Origin: a virus
Strand: one strand, 5' to 3'
IMG/VR virus record: IMGVR_UViG_3300009127_000250
Span: 27,195-91,194 of that record
Length of the DNA: 64,000 nt
In this document: piece by piece, positions 48,012 through 55,599 of the stretch
Layout of the letters: each line of letters begins with the position of its first letter
Position numbering within the stretch: the stretch's first letter is position 1
Position numbers and translations under genes: made by a program
Notes under the pieces: generated by a model
Database searches by the model: none
What the model saw: only the letters and a program-made list of their open reading frames with translations
Told to the model about the DNA's origin: nothing

Positions 48012-48749
48012 ATGCCTGATTGGGTAGACGATATTTTTGCTGGAGGTCACGTAGCACAGACTGACATGCAGGCCATTGAAAACAATTTTGGATTGTTGAA
48101 GATTTCTTTTGCCGGCGCTTCTGCACCAACGGTCAACGTAGCTGACGGTATGTGGTGGCTGGATACAGGTAATAGAATCTTGAAGTATCGGGAAAACGGT
48201 TTGTGGGTTAACATTTATGATTTTGCCAATTCCCGCGTTCTTGCTTCCCTCGATTGCAGCCGGAGTGTTTTAGCTGGAACCGGCATGTCGGGCGGGGGAG
48301 TATTAAGTGCTGATCGAACAATCAGCCACGGCAGTTCACAGGTCTGTACGCTTGATACCATTCCTGCCGATTTAATTACATTAGCAAATATGCAACATGG
48401 TTCTATCCCTCTGCCGTTTATAGACTCCGAAAAAGGTACAGAACTTTCTACAAATAGCAGCTCTTATGTTTCTGTATTTACGTCAAGGTTTTATGTGCCT
48501 ACTGATGCAACGGTTATTTATGGCTACGCACGGATGAGAGGGCAAAGCAGTGTAACCGTTTCTTGCCGATTAGTTATCAGTGCAACCGGCGCTGCTGGAT
48601 CAACTTCCAGTACGAGTTATACATGGATACCAATCGGAGCATGTGATGTCAGTAGTGTGTCGGGATGGCAAACTTTACAAATACAATTGAAAGTAACCAA
48701 TGTGGCTTATACTGGTTATCTTCAAGGTTATTCATTCTATTGGGCGTAA
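48012..48749 (+). CDS. tail fiber-like protein 2 (paralog of 46769)
   Basis: near-identical first ~70 aa, different C-terminus. Confidence 0.7.
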   Translation: MPDWVDDIFAGGHVAQTDMQAIENNFGLLKISFAGASAPTVNVADGMWWLDTGNRILKYRENGLWVNIYDFANSRVLASLDCSRSVLAGTGMSGGGVLSADRTISHGSSQVCTLDTIPADLITLANMQHGSIPLPFIDSEKGTELSTNSSSYVSVFTSRFYVPTDATVIYGYARMRGQSSVTVSCRLVISATGAAGSTSSTSYTWIPIGACDVSSVSGWQTLQIQLKVTNVAYTGYLQGYSFYWA

Positions 48750-48750
48750 A

Positions 48751-48963
48751 ATGTTTAAAGAATTAGCTGATTTAATAGGTTTCGGCCGGAAAATTTATGC
48801 TCACGGCAAATGGTGGACACGTCTGCAAGAGCTTCAACACGGCGTACTGTTAGTAACAAAGTCGCCAGATGAACTTCCCTGCCGTGTGTATATCGTTCGG
48901 CCTACTGACGAAGACAAACGGCACGAAATTTTATTCAGGAATTTTAAAGAAAAGAAGTCTTGA
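48751..48963 (+). CDS. hypothetical protein
   Basis: ATG directly after the fiber stop. Confidence 0.5.
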   Translation: MFKELADLIGFGRKIYAHGKWWTRLQELQHGVLLVTKSPDELPCRVYIVRPTDEDKRHEILFRNFKEKKS

Positions 48964-49052
48964 CAGGCTTTTTATTTTCGATACAATCTTACTATTAGTA
49001 AGTAAAATTATTTAATCACCATAATTTTATTACAATAGGCAAGAAGGACAGC

Positions 49053-49493
49053 ATGATTGAATGGAACAAAATACCGGAATTTGCCCGGGAAGAATTTGAC
49101 GATCCGAATCACCCTGGATCCGGTGATTTAATTGATCCAGTGTTATTCAGTAAAATATTAACTATGCGTAGATATACCGGATGGCCGACCGTAATACATG
49201 GGATCGTCGGCGGAGCGGTCGATGTGGATGGCAGGCACGGCCATGCTAAAAGCAGTCTTCATTTAAAGAAGATGGGCTGCAAGGCTGCTGATTTTCACTT
49301 TAATACCGAAGCACCGACCCGTGAGCAGTATAATATAGTCCGGCAGTTTGGGTTTTCGGGTGTTGGAATTTATTACGACTGGCATTGGTTCGGAGAACAA
49401 CTCCGAATTGGATTTCATGTGGATGATCGTCCACGGGACCGCATTCAACGTTGGACCCGCAGGGACGGAGAATATTTTTATCTGTTAAGATAG
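49053..49493 (+). CDS. peptidase M15-like endolysin
   Basis: SSLH......AAD...GVGIY...FHVD. Confidence 0.75.
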   Translation: MIEWNKIPEFAREEFDDPNHPGSGDLIDPVLFSKILTMRRYTGWPTVIHGIVGGAVDVDGRHGHAKSSLHLKKMGCKAADFHFNTEAPTREQYNIVRQFGFSGVGIYYDWHWFGEQLRIGFHVDDRPRDRIQRWTRRDGEYFYLLR

Positions 49494-49504
49494 CGGAGGT
49501 TTTT

Positions 49505-50080
49505 ATGCCACTACCATTGATATTAGCACCACTTGTAACTATGCTCGCCAATAAGGGGTTAAACGCTTTGGCAAAGGCCGTTGATGGGGCAGGGGACAAG
49601 GCTCTTGAATTCGTTGAAGAAAAAACCGGCATAAAATTAACTGACAATGCGGGTTTGCCGGTACAAACGCTTTCGTCCGATCAAGTGGTTACGCTAAAGA
49701 AGCTTGAATCTGACGAAAAAGTCGAGATTCTACGGTTGTCTCTGGAAAGACAAAAAGAGGAAAACCGGCATAAAGAAGCCGTGATCGATGATAAAAAAGA
49801 TGCTCGCAGCATGTATACGTCAACCGACCACGCCCTGCAGGACGAAATCGCTAAAAAGGTGTTCAAGCAAACCACTTTTCTTGTGCCGATTTTAGTAGGG
49901 CTAAACATGGCGATGATCTTATTTGCTAAATGGAAAAACATCGATCCGGCAGTAGCGGTCGCCCTGGGAAATATATTGGGCTTTGTACTTGGCAAGCTGC
50001 TCGATGAACGCAAAACCGTCATTGAGTTTCTGTTCGGCGCGTCAATAGATAAGGTTGAGCGAGGTAAAGAAAATGGCTAA
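49505..50080 (+). CDS. holin-like membrane protein
   Basis: GGAGG RBS; DAR.M, two C-terminal TM helices, FLFGAS. Confidence 0.6.
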   Translation: MPLPLILAPLVTMLANKGLNALAKAVDGAGDKALEFVEEKTGIKLTDNAGLPVQTLSSDQVVTLKKLESDEKVEILRLSLERQKEENRHKEAVIDDKKDARSMYTSTDHALQDEIAKKVFKQTTFLVPILVGLNMAMILFAKWKNIDPAVAVALGNILGFVLGKLLDERKTVIEFLFGASIDKVERGKENG

Positions 50081-50333
50081 ACAAGTGTGCTCCCTGCATT
50101 CAGGGTTTGAAAAGTCTATCGAAACATTAGAAACAGATAGTTCAGACAATAAAACTGCTCATGAACGTATTCACCGGCGTATCGATGAACGGGTAACAAA
50201 CAAGTACTTTCTTTTGCTCGTTGTCCTTGTAATCGGTGGGCTTGGTTTTCAATGGGGAGTTTACGAAAAGATAAACAGCGTTGAAAAAAAGGTTGCTGTT
50301 ATTGAAGCAAAAATTACAAATAAAAAACGGTAA
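50073..50333 (+). CDS. lysis-associated membrane protein
   Basis: coiled coil + HRRID + TM helix. Confidence 0.55.
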   Translation: MAKQVCSLHSGFEKSIETLETDSSDNKTAHERIHRRIDERVTNKYFLLLVVLVIGGLGFQWGVYEKINSVEKKVAVIEAKITNKKR

Positions 50334-50491
50334 GTATGAAAATACATAAATATCTTAAAATATCCCTCACTTGTTTCATGCTTAAAAGAATTTAAGCTAA
50401 TTCCTGCCGTTAATCTCGCCCAAAATAATATTTTTCCCTTGTTTTTATCTAAAATTTATACTTTAAGTAAGATATAAGCACAGGTGGAAGT

Positions 50492-50992
50492 ATGGAAGAT
50501 ATTCGCTGTTCAGGCAGACATATTCTGATTGAAAATTTATTAGAGCAATGTGCCGATGAATGGAAAAATATGTGGCACAACGCTACGATCACAGATTGGC
50601 CTGAAATTGAGTCCGATAAAGAGTGGACATGGTTTTGGAGCTGGCTCGGGGATCAGTCTCATTTCTGGATAGACGATCTTCAAGAACTTATCAAAGAAGA
50701 TTTTGGACTTGACATGGTTCTTTATTTTTGGGGCCGGTCAAGCGCAACAGTAGCTCCGGACGGTTTTCTTAGTAAGTATTATAGAGAGCTTGGCGAAGAT
50801 ACCATTTTAGATCTGGAATATTATAGCGATCTCCAATGTCCGGACGAATATCTTGACGCTTACAATATCGCTAAAAATCACCTCGAAGCATTCCGGCTAA
50901 TCAACAAAACCGTCAAGGCCGGAGCCAGTGTGATCGCTAAGCAGTGGGAAGAAGCCAAAGAAGCTAACAAATGGGAATTTGATTGTGTATAA
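50492..50992 (+). CDS. hypothetical protein
   Basis: 166 aa, Trp/acidic-rich. Confidence 0.65.
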   Translation: MEDIRCSGRHILIENLLEQCADEWKNMWHNATITDWPEIESDKEWTWFWSWLGDQSHFWIDDLQELIKEDFGLDMVLYFWGRSSATVAPDGFLSKYYRELGEDTILDLEYYSDLQCPDEYLDAYNIAKNHLEAFRLINKTVKAGASVIAKQWEEAKEANKWEFDCV

Positions 50993-51461
50993 AAACGCAA
51001 CCTTTTCAATGTGCCGGACTTGGCGCTATGAACTTCGTCGTATATGGGACGACCGAAAGCCGTTTGTGCTTTTTATATGTCTGAATCCGTCAACGGCAGA
51101 TGAAACAAAGAACGATCCCACTGTGACCCGCTGTATTAAGTACGCTGAACGATGGGGTTACGGCGGAATGGTCATGGCCAATATTTTTGCGTTCAGGGCT
51201 ACTAAGCCCAAAGTAATGAAAGCGTTCCACGCTCCCATTGGTCCTGAGAATGATCGATATTTAAAACAACTTCACAGTATGGCAGGCATAACTATTTGTG
51301 CCTGGGGAAATCACGGAAAGTTCAAAAATCGCGGCATTGAGGTCTATTCGTTTTTAAGGAGTCCATATTGTTTAAAAACAACAGGCAGCGGTCATCCCGG
51401 GCATCCTCTGTATTTAAGAGCTGATGCAAGGCCGACGCCGTTTTATTTTGCTGGCATATAG
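50979..51461 (+). CDS. DUF1643 family protein
   Basis: RYEL.R.W...LNPSTAD...DPT...NIFAFRATKP...AWG...P.HPLY. Confidence 0.9.
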   Translation: MIVYKNATFSMCRTWRYELRRIWDDRKPFVLFICLNPSTADETKNDPTVTRCIKYAERWGYGGMVMANIFAFRATKPKVMKAFHAPIGPENDRYLKQLHSMAGITICAWGNHGKFKNRGIEVYSFLRSPYCLKTTGSGHPGHPLYLRADARPTPFYFAGI

Positions 51462-51490
51462 CTCAATTGGCAGAGCGTTGTTATGCCAGC
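51450..51490 (+). ncRNA. tRNA fragment: acceptor-like stem plus D-arm only
   Basis: GCTGGCATA/TATGCCAGC enclosing TAGCTCAATTGGCAGAGC. Confidence 0.6.
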
Positions 51491-51507
51491 TAAATGAGAT
51501 TTGAACT

Positions 51508-51732
51508 ATGGACTTTTTACTGAGAAGGTTTGTTCATGATGTAAGCGAGTTCTATGATCTGTATTATCACGGTGATATGATAATCTGCAATATAAAGGCG
51601 CTGCATCTTGAAAAAATAAAAGAAATGTTCGATCCAAAAAGATTTGAAAATACATTAAATATTCGAACTGAATGCAGAGCGTTTTTGTCAGAAGTTCAGG
51701 AAGCGGTAAATCAAGAATGTTATGTGTTCTAA
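51508..51732 (+). CDS. hypothetical protein
   Basis: 74-aa ORF. Confidence 0.45.
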   Translation: MDFLLRRFVHDVSEFYDLYYHGDMIICNIKALHLEKIKEMFDPKRFENTLNIRTECRAFLSEVQEAVNQECYVF

Positions 51733-51784
51733 ATTTTAAAATCCAGAATAACGGGGCGTGAGAATGCCTTCTCGCCCCTGCCAC

Positions 51785-51871
51785 AGAGGGTACTACGGAA
51801 GCGGTCTGTAATCGGCCTTGAAAGCCGAGGGGTGGTAAAACATCGGGGTTCGAACCCTCTACCCTCTGCCA
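51785..51871 (+). tRNA. tRNA-Ser(TGA)
   Basis: TCGGC-CTTGAAA-GCCGA; long variable arm; GCCA end. Confidence 0.88.
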
Positions 51872-51881
51872 TAAAACAAAA

Positions 51882-51957
51882 GCCGGTATAGCTCCAACGG
51901 TAGAGCAGCGGGTTTGTAACCTGACGGTTGGGGGTTCAAATCCCTCTACCGGCTCCA
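51882..51957 (+). tRNA. tRNA-Thr(TGT)
   Basis: cloverleaf; TTTGTAA loop; CCA. Confidence 0.9.
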
Positions 51958-52019
51958 AAGTATCATTAAAGGCGCATATAGAACCTATATGTGCTTTTTA
52001 AGTATCAAAAGTATAATAA

Positions 52020-52106
52020 GGTGGGTTCGCACAGTCCGGTAGTGCAGTCGCCTGCTAAGCGACCGGTGTAAAAGCCTCACAGGTTCAAATCCTGTACCCA
52101 CCGCCA
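52020..52106 (+). tRNA. tRNA-Ser(GCT)
   Basis: GTCGC-CTGCTAA-GCGAC; variable arm; GCCA. Confidence 0.9.
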
Positions 52107-52107
52107 C

Positions 52108-52183
52108 GGATGGATAGCTCAGTTGATAGAGCAGCCGACTTTTAATCGGCATGTCGTAGGTTTAACCCCTACTCCATCCACCA
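52108..52183 (+). tRNA. tRNA-Lys(TTT)
   Basis: GCCGA-CTTTTAA-TCGGC; atypical TTTAACC T-loop. Confidence 0.85.
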
Positions 52184-52184
52184 T

Positions 52185-52260
52185 GGATGGATAGCTCAGT
52201 TGATAGAGCCGCCGGCTCATAACCGGCAGGTCGTAGGTTTAACTCCTACTCCATTCACCA
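52185..52260 (+). tRNA. tRNA with CAT anticodon (elongator Met or Ile2)
   Basis: GCCGG-CTCATAA-CCGGC; body nearly identical to the adjacent tRNA-Lys. Confidence 0.85.
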
Positions 52261-52261
52261 C

Positions 52262-52338
52262 GGGCGGGTAGCTCAGTTCGGTAGAGCAAACGGCCGATAA
52301 CCGTTAGGCCGCAAGTTCGAATCTTGCCCCGCCTACCA
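52262..52338 (+). tRNA. tRNA-Ile(GAT)
   Basis: AACGG-CCGATAA-CCGTT (C33); CCA. Confidence 0.85.
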
Positions 52339-52339
52339 C

Positions 52340-52415
52340 GGGCGCTCATGTTCCTCGGTGGCGACGGAGTCTCCAAAACTCTGTGTGGTAGGTTCAATTC
52401 CTACAGCGTTCGCCA
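52340..52415 (+). tRNA. tRNA-Trp(CCA)
   Basis: GGAGT-CTCCAAA-ACTCT; GGTTCAATTCC; GCCA. Confidence 0.85.
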
Positions 52416-52503
52416 TTTTAAAATATTTCTTTAATTGTTTTCTTACTAATAATAAACTTTTTTCTTGACATCTGCTAAGATGTCCATTACAAAGCAAAAA
52501 GAT

Positions 52504-52586
52504 CAGGTGCAGTAAGAGAAGGGCTACTTCGCTCATACCGAAAAACGGGCCTGGCCCGTTTAATCCCTTCTCAATTTTCTCTCCTG
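52504..52586 (+). ncRNA. candidate Ro60-binding (Y-like) RNA 1
   Basis: CAGG/CCTG and GAGAAGGG/CCCTTCTC stems; AGTAAG..GGGCTACTTCG..AATTTTCT shared with RNA 2; TTGACA at 52465. Confidence 0.65.
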
Positions 52587-52601
52587 TAACAATTTGGATA
52601 G

Positions 52602-52672
52602 CAGAGGAAGTAAGCTGAGGGCTACTTCGATAATTAGGCATTGAAAACCTCCCTCAACAATTTTCTCCTTTG
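52602..52672 (+). ncRNA. candidate Ro60-binding (Y-like) RNA 2
   Basis: CAGAGGA/TCCTTTG and TGAGGG/CCCTCA stems; same conserved motifs. Confidence 0.65.
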
Positions 52673-52685
52673 ACTTCGAATTAAA

Positions 52686-52730
52686 GCAGGACAGTAGATT
52701 TCATTATTAATTTACTGCCTGTTTTTTTTT
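52686..52730 (+). terminator. terminator closing the two-RNA unit
   Basis: CAGG-CAGTAGA/TTTACTG-CCTG + T9. Confidence 0.75.
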
Positions 52731-52780
52731 GCCTTGTATCTCTCTAATAGTAAGATTTAATTAAGAAAGGAGAAGCAAAA

Positions 52781-54325
52781 ATGGCACGATTTAATAAACC
52801 TACAGAAGTCCAAAGTCAAACGGTCAACCATGAGGGCGCTGTGGCCTATCAGATGGGTGCGGAGATGGAGTTGGTCACGATCCTGCTGACCTCTTTCGCC
52901 CAGGACAGTTATTACGAATCCGCTGATAAGACATTTGACAGGCTGATCGGTCTGATCGATGCACTCCCCGATAAAACATTTGCCGCTAAAGCTGCGATTT
53001 ATGCCCGTAACCAATTCGGTATGCGGTCAATCAGCCATGTCGTGGCCGGCGAGATCGCCGCTAAAGTGAAGGGCGAATCCTGGACAAAACGTTTTATTGA
53101 GCAAGTTGTCCGGAGACCGGACGATATGACTGAAATCCTCAGTTATTATCAGTCCAAATATGGCAGAACTCCGATCCCGAATTCTTTAAAGAAGGGCTTT
53201 GCCTTGGCCTTTAATAAATTTGACCGGTATCAGCTTGCTAAGTACCGTGGCGAACGGCAGGCCGTATCGTTGATCGATGTGGTTAATATTTCACATCCGG
53301 TTCCGACAGAACACAATAAAGAAGCTCTAAGGCTTCTGGTCGCTGACAAGCTGCGATCTGAGGACACCCGTGATGCTGTTATGACGGAAATCGGTCAGCG
53401 GGATATCAGCGATACCGAAAAGATTGAAAAGAAAGCCGAAGCATGGACTGATTTGCTCAAGACTGATTCACATGGCAGGCGTAAACTCGGGTACTTTGCA
53501 CTTGTCAAAAATCTGCGGAATATCATCGAGCAAGCTCCGGAGCAAATTGATACGGTCTGTGAGGCATTGATAGATACACAGGTTATCCGTAAATCCTTGG
53601 TAATGCCGTTTCGTCTTTATACGGCCTATAAGCAAATTCAGGATATCCACAACTATGAGGCTGTTAGGGTGCTGGACGCTCTCGCTACGGCGCTTAATCT
53701 GTCCTGTGAGAATATTCCAGGGCTTCCAGGTAACAGTATCATAGGTATCGATAATTCACATTCGATGAAAGGTAATTTAATTTCACCGAAAAGTGTTGTC
53801 ACAAGGGCTGATATCGCCTGTCTGTTGGGCGCCATGATGTTCGAAAGAACCGACAATACCGTTGTTATGCTGTTTGCTGATACCCATGAAATTGCACCGT
53901 TGATGAAATCAAACAGTGTGCTTGCCAATATGGAAATCATTCGCAGGGTTGACGTTGGTCTTGGTCATAACACCAATGGTTATTTGGTTCCCGAACAGGC
54001 AAGACGCAGCAATCTGCATGTTGACAACTTTTTGATTTTCACCGATCTGCAAATGTACGATGCCGAAGGTGTCAGGTATGATCGAACACCACCGACTCCT
54101 GGTCGGAGTTTCAAGAAAGAAATCACCAAATATCGCCGTGATGTAAATCCGAAAGCTAAGGTTTATTCGTTCGATTGTGCAGGCTATGGCACATTGCAAA
54201 TGCCTGCGGGCGATCCGAAGTCTTACCTTCTGGCTGGATTCAGTGAAAAGATGTTTGACACCATCAAACTGCTGGAAAAGGATCGGAACGCTTTTCTCAA
54301 TATGATTAAAACCATCGATCTATAA
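52781..54325 (+). CDS. TROVE domain protein (Ro60/Rsr homolog) with C-terminal VWA
   Basis: TVNHEG..AY, YAR...GMRS, RRPDD, F..YQLAKY, HP.P, AL.KNLRN, PFR..TAY, DNSHSM, FTD.Q, GFSEK. Confidence 0.93.
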   Translation: MARFNKPTEVQSQTVNHEGAVAYQMGAEMELVTILLTSFAQDSYYESADKTFDRLIGLIDALPDKTFAAKAAIYARNQFGMRSISHVVAGEIAAKVKGESWTKRFIEQVVRRPDDMTEILSYYQSKYGRTPIPNSLKKGFALAFNKFDRYQLAKYRGERQAVSLIDVVNISHPVPTEHNKEALRLLVADKLRSEDTRDAVMTEIGQRDISDTEKIEKKAEAWTDLLKTDSHGRRKLGYFALVKNLRNIIEQAPEQIDTVCEALIDTQVIRKSLVMPFRLYTAYKQIQDIHNYEAVRVLDALATALNLSCENIPGLPGNSIIGIDNSHSMKGNLISPKSVVTRADIACLLGAMMFERTDNTVVMLFADTHEIAPLMKSNSVLANMEIIRRVDVGLGHNTNGYLVPEQARRSNLHVDNFLIFTDLQMYDAEGVRYDRTPPTPGRSFKKEITKYRRDVNPKAKVYSFDCAGYGTLQMPAGDPKSYLLAGFSEKMFDTIKLLEKDRNAFLNMIKTIDL

Positions 54326-54330
54326 CGTAA

Positions 54331-54420
54331 ACATGGGGGAAAGTCTCACGTCTTTAATCTGGCTACGCCAATGCCAGGGAGTTAGTCACTCCAATTACCG
54401 GTACGTGAGCCTTCCCCTGT
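54331..54420 (+). ncRNA. structured RNA candidate after TROVE, complementary to array unit 3
   Basis: outer stem GGGGAA..CTCACGT/ACGTGAG..TTCCCC; inner hairpins CTGGC/GCCAG and GGAGT/ACTCC. Confidence 0.65.
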
Positions 54421-54443
54421 TTTTAACCAGGAGAATATAATCC

Positions 54444-54761
54444 ATGCACGACTATATTATCAAAGAAATGGCTGATTTGGTCTGCAAAGAAATTGGATCG
54501 GCAGACTTTCCAGCAGAAACTAAGATCAGCGAAAAAGTTGAATCAGCTTTAGAGCAGTATTGGGCAGATAAGATCGCCTGTATTTGGTCGGTTGAAGATG
54601 TTCATTTTCAGGCCAAACAGGACGAAGTCAAAGTCACCGATGAACAGGCCGTAGAGGTCTTGGAACTTGTCCACAGGAAGATGGACGCTAATTTAGGCAT
54701 TAATTGGGATGTGCTTAGCGAAGGCATCAGTACAATTTTAAGGGAACAGGAAAGCCTATGA
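54444..54761 (+). CDS. hypothetical phage protein
   Basis: AGGAG RBS; IW.VEDV...DA..GINWD pattern. Confidence 0.7.
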   Translation: MHDYIIKEMADLVCKEIGSADFPAETKISEKVESALEQYWADKIACIWSVEDVHFQAKQDEVKVTDEQAVEVLELVHRKMDANLGINWDVLSEGISTILREQESL

Positions 54762-55144
54762 CAGTTCAATGCGAAAACTGCAGCAAACAGTTCAATGAAT
54801 CAAAAATTCTTTTTAAGTTGATTGAAATCCAGAATTTATTTGAACGGATTGCACCCGGGGACATTGTGCCTTTTGGTGAATGTCCGGAATGCGATTCGTT
54901 TGTGTATCCATACGTGCAGCCTATCCGCGTTCTTTGGGGATCAGATCAAAACGGACATACTTTTGAAAGCTTTAATTCAGAACATGAAAAAAAGGGATAT
55001 CTACAAGCCTTGGACGACCATGCTGGATGGCTTGAATCCGAAGTGTTTCATCCCGACAAAAATGGAAAATTTGAACCTCTGGAAGATGGAATAAGAGAAG
55101 ATTTAATACAATGCGGTTATTCAGAGGATGATCTTGAATGGTAA
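54758..55144 (+). CDS. Zn-finger hypothetical protein
   Basis: CENC...CPEC. Confidence 0.65.
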   Translation: MTVQCENCSKQFNESKILFKLIEIQNLFERIAPGDIVPFGECPECDSFVYPYVQPIRVLWGSDQNGHTFESFNSEHEKKGYLQALDDHAGWLESEVFHPDKNGKFEPLEDGIREDLIQCGYSEDDLEW

Positions 55145-55151
55145 AAAACAT

Positions 55152-55228
55152 GGTGGGGATGGTGAAGCGGTCAACACGAAGGATTGTGGCTCCTTTATTC
55201 GCGGGTTCAAATCCCGTTCCTCACCCCA
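55152..55228 (+). tRNA. tRNA-His(GTG)
   Basis: G-1; AAGGA-TTGTGGC-TCCTT; CCCA end. Confidence 0.9.
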
Positions 55229-55236
55229 CATAATAT

Positions 55237-55314
55237 TGGGGAGTAGGTCAGTCTGGTCAGACGGCCGGCCTTGGGAGCCGGAGGTCGCCGGTTCAAATCC
55301 GGCCTCCCCAACCA
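55237..55314 (+). tRNA. tRNA-Pro(TGG)
   Basis: CCGGC-CTTGGGA-GCCGG; ACCA. Confidence 0.9.
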
Positions 55315-55322
55315 TTTTATAT

Positions 55323-55401
55323 ACGGGCGTAGCAGAATTGGCATATGCTGCGGGCTTAGACCCCGTGTATTCTGGAGGTTCGACTCCTCTCGCCCGTACC
55401 A
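55323..55401 (+). tRNA. tRNA-Leu(TAG) with short variable region
   Basis: GCGGG-CTTAGAC-CCCGT; GGTTCGACTCC; ACCA. Confidence 0.85.
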
Positions 55402-55421
55402 ATTTCAATCAGGAGAATCCA

Positions 55422-55595
55422 ATGTCATCAAATTACGTTCTGCAAAAAGCCGAAAAAAGCTACTGTCCAGACTGCAATAATAATGTGTTCCTTTTGGCAA
55501 CTCAAGAGTTTTTAAAAAACGATCCAGCTTTTTATATTTGTTTTGAATGTCAAAGAATAGCAGAGGTCGGGGTAAGGCCAATCGAAAAAATATAA
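55422..55595 (+). CDS. small Zn-ribbon protein
   Basis: AGGAG RBS; CPDC...CFEC. Confidence 0.6.
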   Translation: MSSNYVLQKAEKSYCPDCNNNVFLLATQEFLKNDPAFYICFECQRIAEVGVRPIEKI

Positions 55596-55599
55596 ATGA

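Noticed and set aside
46769-48749. Diversity-generating retroelement at the duplicated fiber genes
   Set aside because: No reverse transcriptase in the window; the repeat is N-terminal and differences are not adenine-specific
51506-52641. ORFs overlapping the tRNA clusters (also 8837-9286 and 55121-55480)
   Set aside because: They are translations of tRNA genes on either strand
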